Source: Mycobacterium sp.
GTDB taxonomy: Bacteria; Actinomycetota; Actinomycetes; Mycobacteriales; Mycobacteriaceae
Direction of reading: 5' to 3'
Assembly: GCA_035642975.1 (NCBI GenBank)
Contig: DASQRI010000141.1
Coordinates: 1-46,189, forward strand
Length of the DNA stretch: 46,189 nucleotides
The first letter of the stretch is position 1; every line of letters starts with the position of its first letter. Under the pieces are notes generated by a model, which was not told the origin of the DNA, did not search any database, and saw only the letters and a list, made by a program, of their open reading frames with translations. A program made the position numbers and the translations under genes. Shown one piece after another: positions 41,626 to 46,189 of the stretch.

Positions 41626-44600
41626 TCAGCTCGTTTCCGCCGCTGCAACAGGTTCCGCGTCACCCGACTCCGACGCATTTGGAGCCGCTGGCTCAGCACC
41701 AGACTCCGCCTCGCCCGACTCCGACGCCTCCGGCGCCGCAACGGCCGGCGCTTCGCCGTCCGCATCGGGGAGCTGCGCCGCGAGGTACTCGGCCAGTCCC
41801 CCGATCGTCGGGTAGTCGAACACCGCGGTGGCGTTCAGCGTGAACGCGCCACCGAACTGACTGTGCAGCCGGTTGCGGAGTTCGACCGCCATTAGCGAGT
41901 CGGTACCCAGGTCCAGGAACCGGCTGGTTGCCGCGGGCGGTTGTGCGAGCCGCAGGAAGTGCTGTACCTCGCGCTGCAGGTGCTCGGTCAGGAACGCACC
42001 CCGCATCGGCACCGGCACCTCGTTGAGTTGCTTGAGCAACTCGGCGTCTCCGGCGGAGTCCGTCATCGCGCTCGGCAACACCACGTCCAGGATCGGCGGA
42101 CGTGAAGCGCCGAGCAGCTTCGCGGCCCGCGCCCAGTTGGCCTTGATGACGGTGCCCTGCCCCGTTCCGTTGGCGACGACCTCGGCCATAGCGCTCAGTG
42201 CCGCGGACGGTTCCAGCGGAATCAGCCCTTGCACATTTAGATTGGCTTGCACAGCCTCCGAGGAAGCCATGCCGCCGTGCGCCCAAGGACCGAAGTTGAC
42301 GCCGGTGGCCGGCAACCCTTGCGCCTTGCGGCTCGCGACGAGCCCATCCAGTAGCGCGTTGGCAGTCGCGTAGTTGGCCTGCCCGGGAGGACCTAGCACA
42401 CTCGACACCGACGAGAAGACGATGAAGAAGTCGAGATTGTCGTCCTTCGTCAACCGGTCCAAGTGGTAGGCGCCGAATGCCTTGGGCGCCAGCGTCGTCC
42501 GGAACCGCTCAACACTCTGCTGCGCCAGCAGCGCGTCGTCGAGCACGCCCGCCAGGTGCGCCACACCCGCGAGCGGTGGCAACTCCGCGCGGATCCGACC
42601 CAGCAGTGCGTCGACCTCGGACTCGTCGCCGATGTCAGCCGAGAACGTGTGGATCCGGCACCGGTAACGCTCGGTGATGTCGTCGATCGCCCGTTGGGCA
42701 TCCGCGTCGGGCGTGCGCCGGCTGGTCAACACGATGTCACCGGCCCCGAGTTGCGCCAGATAAGCTGCCGTGTGCAGGCCGAGCGCGCCCAGACCACCGG
42801 TGATCAGATAGCTCCGATCATCTTGCGGCTGCAGCGGTTTCGGTATCTGCAGGACGATCTTCCCGATATGCCGCGCCTGCTGCATCCGGCGGAACGCGGT
42901 CTTCGCCTCCGCCAGCGGGTAGATCTCGGCGGGTAGCGGCTTCCACTCGCCACGACCCAACCCTTCGGAAACCTCGGTCAGCAACCGCTTGATCTCGTCG
43001 GGGTTCTGCAGGGTCGTCACGTCCAGCGCCACGATCTCGTAGGCGATGTCCGGACGGGCCTCCGCCATCTGCTCCGTCGTCCAGATATCGCGCTTGGCCA
43101 TCTCAGCGAAACGCCCGTTCTTGGCGGTAGCACGCACGGTCGCTTCGATGAAGCCCTCGTTGGTCAAACTGTTGAGCACCACATCGACACCTTCGCCATC
43201 GGTGTCGGCGAGGATCTGGTCGGCGAAGTCGGTGCTGCGCGAGTCGTACACATACTGCACGCCCAGCTTGCGCAACGTGTCGCGCTTGTACTTGCTGGCC
43301 GTGGCGAACACGGTCGCGCCGTGCTGCTGTGCCATCTGGATCGCGGCCAGCCCGACGCCACCGCTGGCGGCGTGAATCAGCACGCGGTCACCCGGCTTCA
43401 GCTGCGCCCAGTCGAACGCGAGTCGGGTCGTCAGCGCCGCGGCGGGGATGGTGGCCGCGTCGACCGCGCCCAGCCAGTCCGGCAACGGCGCCAACAACTG
43501 CAGCGGCACATTGAACCGGCTGGAGAACGCACCCTGCATGAAGCCGTAGACGCGTTGGCCCACTTCCACTCCGGCGACGCCGTCGCCCAACTGCGTGACG
43601 ACACCGGCGAAGTCACCGCCGATCGGACCAGGATCGCCCGGGTAGAGGCCCAACACATTGAGCACGTCCCGGAAGTTCAAGCCCGCGGCTTCCACCCGGA
43701 CCTGCACGTAGCCCTCGTCCGGTGGTGGCACCTCTTTCTCGGTGATACGCAGGTTGTCGATCGCGCCGCGCTCGGTGGGCGCCAGGACGTAGTCGGTTCC
43801 CCTCGGCACCGCAAGGTTGCCGCTGCGCGCCCATGGCAGCAGCCGGGATGCGAGGAATTTCCCTTGTCGCAGTGCCAGTTCGGGTTCGTCAGCAGGCGTG
43901 CTGAGCAGGTCGGCCAGCGAGCGCGCGGCCCCCTCCGTTCCGTCGTGGTCGACCAGCCTGCAGTGCAGGGCCGGCTCCTCGTTGACGATGTTGCGCCCCA
44001 ATCCCCACAGCGCTGACTGCACCGGGTCGACCGGTTCGCCCGACTCGGTCGCCACCGCACGTTCGGTGACGATCCACAGTCCATTGGGTAGCTTGAGCGA
44101 CGGATCGGCCTGCAGGGCGTGCACCGCGCTGAGCAGGTGGGCGATCTCCGTCTCGAGGCGCTCGGCAGCTTCGGCGCTCGACTCCTCGCCACTCGGTGTG
44201 GCGCTGGCCCATACGATGCCGGCGAACGGCATCCCGCGCTCCTTGGCCTGCGTCAACACCTGCCCCATCGGCTCCGGGTTCGTGGTCCGGTCGAACGGGA
44301 TGCAGCCCGGCAGGGCGGCGGCCAATTCGTCGAATCCGGCGACCAGCCAGGTGCCGATCGCTTCGCCGGCGTCCTCACTCGGCGCCGGCGGTGGCAACTC
44401 CTGCCAGCCGAGGGTGTACAGCAGCCGGGTCGCGTCGCCACCGAGCCCACGCAACAACGCCTCGCGCGGAGCACGCTTGACGGTGAACTCGCGGATCCCG
44501 CCCAGCAAGCGGCCATCCCGATCGACGAAGTCGAGGTCGAAGACCTGGGTCTCGCTGTCGAGGGCGCTGGTGTGCCAGCGCGCACGGCAGTAGAACCGCC

Positions 44601-46189
44601 GGGGCATCTTCTCCTTCAGGAAGACCTGCCCGTACCGCAGCGGCAGGAACAGGTCATTGACCCCCTGCTCGGCCGCGAGCAAGGCCGGGAACGCCGGGAA
44701 GGCGACACCCGTACACAGATCCATCAAGACCGGGTGCATCGGCTCGGACCCGAGATGCTCGGTGAGTTCCTCGCCAACGGTGATATCACCGATCGCCTCG
44801 CCTTCACCCAGCCACAGCGACTTCAGCGAGCCAGACCAGTTGGGCCCCCACGACAGTTCCATGTCGGCGAAGGTCTCGAACAGCTCCTGCGGACGCATGC
44901 GGTTCATCCGCTCGATCGCCGCGTCGATGGGGTCCTGCTCGGGAGCCGCCTCCTCCTCGACACCGTTGAGGACCGTGCCGTCGGCGTTCAGCGACCAGTC
45001 GACATCACGGACACCGTATGGCCGGCTGTGCACCTTGAAGTCCCAGCCATCGCCGGCTTCGAGCGGATGCAGCGTCAGCTGCACCTCACGAGAAGCCTTC
45101 TCGGGCAGGATGATCGGCTCGTAGAAGAATACTTCCTTGACCCGTCCCGGAGGCCCGACTGCGGCCAGCGCCATCGCCGCATACGTCGCGCCGGGAACCA
45201 CCACGGTGCCGTAGATGACGTGATCGGACAGCCACGGTTGCGACTTCACGGACAGCCGGCTGGTGTAGACGGAGTCGCCGGACGCCAGATCCTTGGCACC
45301 ACCCAGGAGTCCGGACGTGGCACCACCGTCGACCGCAATGCCGGACGTCTGCGGCCAGAAGCGCCGCCGCTGGAACGGATAGGTGGGCAGCTCGAGCCTG
45401 CGGCGCGGCTGGTGCTGCAGCGCAGCGAAGTTCGGCCGATGACCACTGACATAGGCCAGGGACAGAGCATCGGCGACCTGGCGCCGGTCACCGACGCCCT
45501 TGCGCAACGACACGATCGCACGCGGCGCAGCCAGATGTTCCGGCCAGACCTGCACCGCCGCACCGGTCAGCACAGGTTGCGGACCGATCTCCATCAACAC
45601 CGTGCATCCCAAAGCGGCGATGGTGCGGACGCTTTCGGCGAACTGCACCGGCTGGCGGGAATGCCGCCGCCAGTACTGCGCGTCGATCGGAGTCTCCGCG
45701 GTGAGCACGGCGCCGGTGCGGTTGCAGACCAGCGGCAACGTCGGCACCGCGTACTGCATCTGCGCTGCGTACGACTCGAACTCGCCGAGCACCGGTTCCA
45801 GTAACTCCGAGTGGAAGGCGTGGCTGGTTTCCAGCTTCGTGCAACGGATCCCGTCCTCACCGAACTTCGCGACGATCTGGTCCAGATCCTCACCCGGACC
45901 CGACAGCACCGTGTTAGGGCCGTTGTAAGCCCCGACCGACACCCGCGAGAATTCGTTGGCCACTTCCTCGACGCGCTTGGGGTCGGCGAACACGGCGACC
46001 ATCCGGCCACCTGCGGGCAGGCTGCCGAACAGCCGGCCACGCTCGGCCATCAGCCGCGCCCCGTCCTCGAGGCTGAACACTCCGGCCACGCATGCCGCTG
46101 CGTACTGGCCCACGCTGTGACCCAGCACCACATCGGGCTCGATTCCCCACGACCGCCACAGCCGGGCCAGACCCATCTCGGCGGCGAAC
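41626..46189 (-). CDS. Type I polyketide synthase, C-terminal module part (AT-DH-ER-KR-ACP); 5' end beyond the window
   Basis: AT GHSVG and HAFH, DH HVIYGTVVVP, ER HAASGGVG, KR TGGLGALG/LDD/YATAN, ACP GTDSL. No thioesterase domain. Confidence 0.93.
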   Translation of the reverse strand, partial: FAAEMGLARLWRSWGIEPDVVLGHSVGQYAAACVAGVFSLEDGARLMAERGRLFGSLPAGGRMVAVFADPKRVEEVANEFSRVSVGAYNGPNTVLSGPGEDLDQIVAKFGEDGIRCTKLETSHAFHSELLEPVLGEFESYAAQMQYAVPTLPLVCNRTGAVLTAETPIDAQYWRRHSRQPVQFAESVRTIAALGCTVLMEIGPQPVLTGAAVQVWPEHLAAPRAIVSLRKGVGDRRQVADALSLAYVSGHRPNFAALQHQPRRRLELPTYPFQRRRFWPQTSGIAVDGGATSGLLGGAKDLASGDSVYTSRLSVKSQPWLSDHVIYGTVVVPGATYAAMALAAVGPPGRVKEVFFYEPIILPEKASREVQLTLHPLEAGDGWDFKVHSRPYGVRDVDWSLNADGTVLNGVEEEAAPEQDPIDAAIERMNRMRPQELFETFADMELSWGPNWSGSLKSLWLGEGEAIGDITVGEELTEHLGSEPMHPVLMDLCTGVAFPAFPALLAAEQGVNDLFLPLRYGQVFLKEKMPRRFYCRARWHTSALDSETQVFDLDFVDRDGRLLGGIREFTVKRAPREALLRGLGGDATRLLYTLGWQELPPPAPSEDAGEAIGTWLVAGFDELAAALPGCIPFDRTTNPEPMGQVLTQAKERGMPFAGIVWASATPSGEESSAEAAERLETEIAHLLSAVHALQADPSLKLPNGLWIVTERAVATESGEPVDPVQSALWGLGRNIVNEEPALHCRLVDHDGTEGAARSLADLLSTPADEPELALRQGKFLASRLLPWARSGNLAVPRGTDYVLAPTERGAIDNLRITEKEVPPPDEGYVQVRVEAAGLNFRDVLNVLGLYPGDPGPIGGDFAGVVTQLGDGVAGVEVGQRVYGFMQGAFSSRFNVPLQLLAPLPDWLGAVDAATIPAAALTTRLAFDWAQLKPGDRVLIHAASGGVGLAAIQMAQQHGATVFATASKYKRDTLRKLGVQYVYDSRSTDFADQILADTDGEGVDVVLNSLTNEGFIEATVRATAKNGRFAEMAKRDIWTTEQMAEARPDIAYEIVALDVTTLQNPDEIKRLLTEVSEGLGRGEWKPLPAEIYPLAEAKTAFRRMQQARHIGKIVLQIPKPLQPQDDRSYLITGGLGALGLHTAAYLAQLGAGDIVLTSRRTPDADAQRAIDDITERYRCRIHTFSADIGDESEVDALLGRIRAELPPLAGVAHLAGVLDDALLAQQSVERFRTTLAPKAFGAYHLDRLTKDDNLDFFIVFSSVSSVLGPPGQANYATANALLDGLVASRKAQGLPATGVNFGPWAHGGMASSEAVQANLNVQGLIPLEPSAALSAMAEVVANGTGQGTVIKANWARAAKLLGASRPPILDVVLPSAMTDSAGDAELLKQLNEVPVPMRGAFLTEHLQREVQHFLRLAQPPAATSRFLDLGTDSLMAVELRNRLHSQFGGAFTLNATAVFDYPTIGGLAEYLAAQLPDADGEAPAVAAPEASESGEAESGAEPAAPNASESGDAEPVAAAETS

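Overview
High-GC mycobacterial chromosome segment, syntenic with the hemN-sirA-cysH-che1 / cysA-W-T-subI / lepA / ATP-grasp-alphaE-transglutaminase / rpsT-holA-comEC-comEA region. It ends in two acyl-CoA dehydrogenase genes and the 3' part of a type I PKS gene. The main accessory feature is a ~14.7 kb cassette of 11 aerobic cobalamin corrin-ring genes inserted in the 3' end of lepA. The cassette is bounded by two gap-free 169-bp copies of the lepA 3' end (13164-13332 and 27897-28065; 18 mismatches by hand count, 14 synonymous). It encodes no integrase, has a B12 riboswitch before cobN, places cobG-H-IJ-M 29 nt after the lepA stop, and carries a short CobG lacking the Fe-S cysteine motifs. Smaller signals: lepA has no ATG/GTG/TTG before its G1 motif and probably starts at ATC; two leaderless Cys-rich leader peptides; a LexA box plus PafBC-type promoter on a 13E12/HNH gene; three MIRU-type repeats with a nested, invertible 35-bp module; and a post-SET-domain remnant. 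All calls come from reading the sequence and recalled family motifs; no searches were run.
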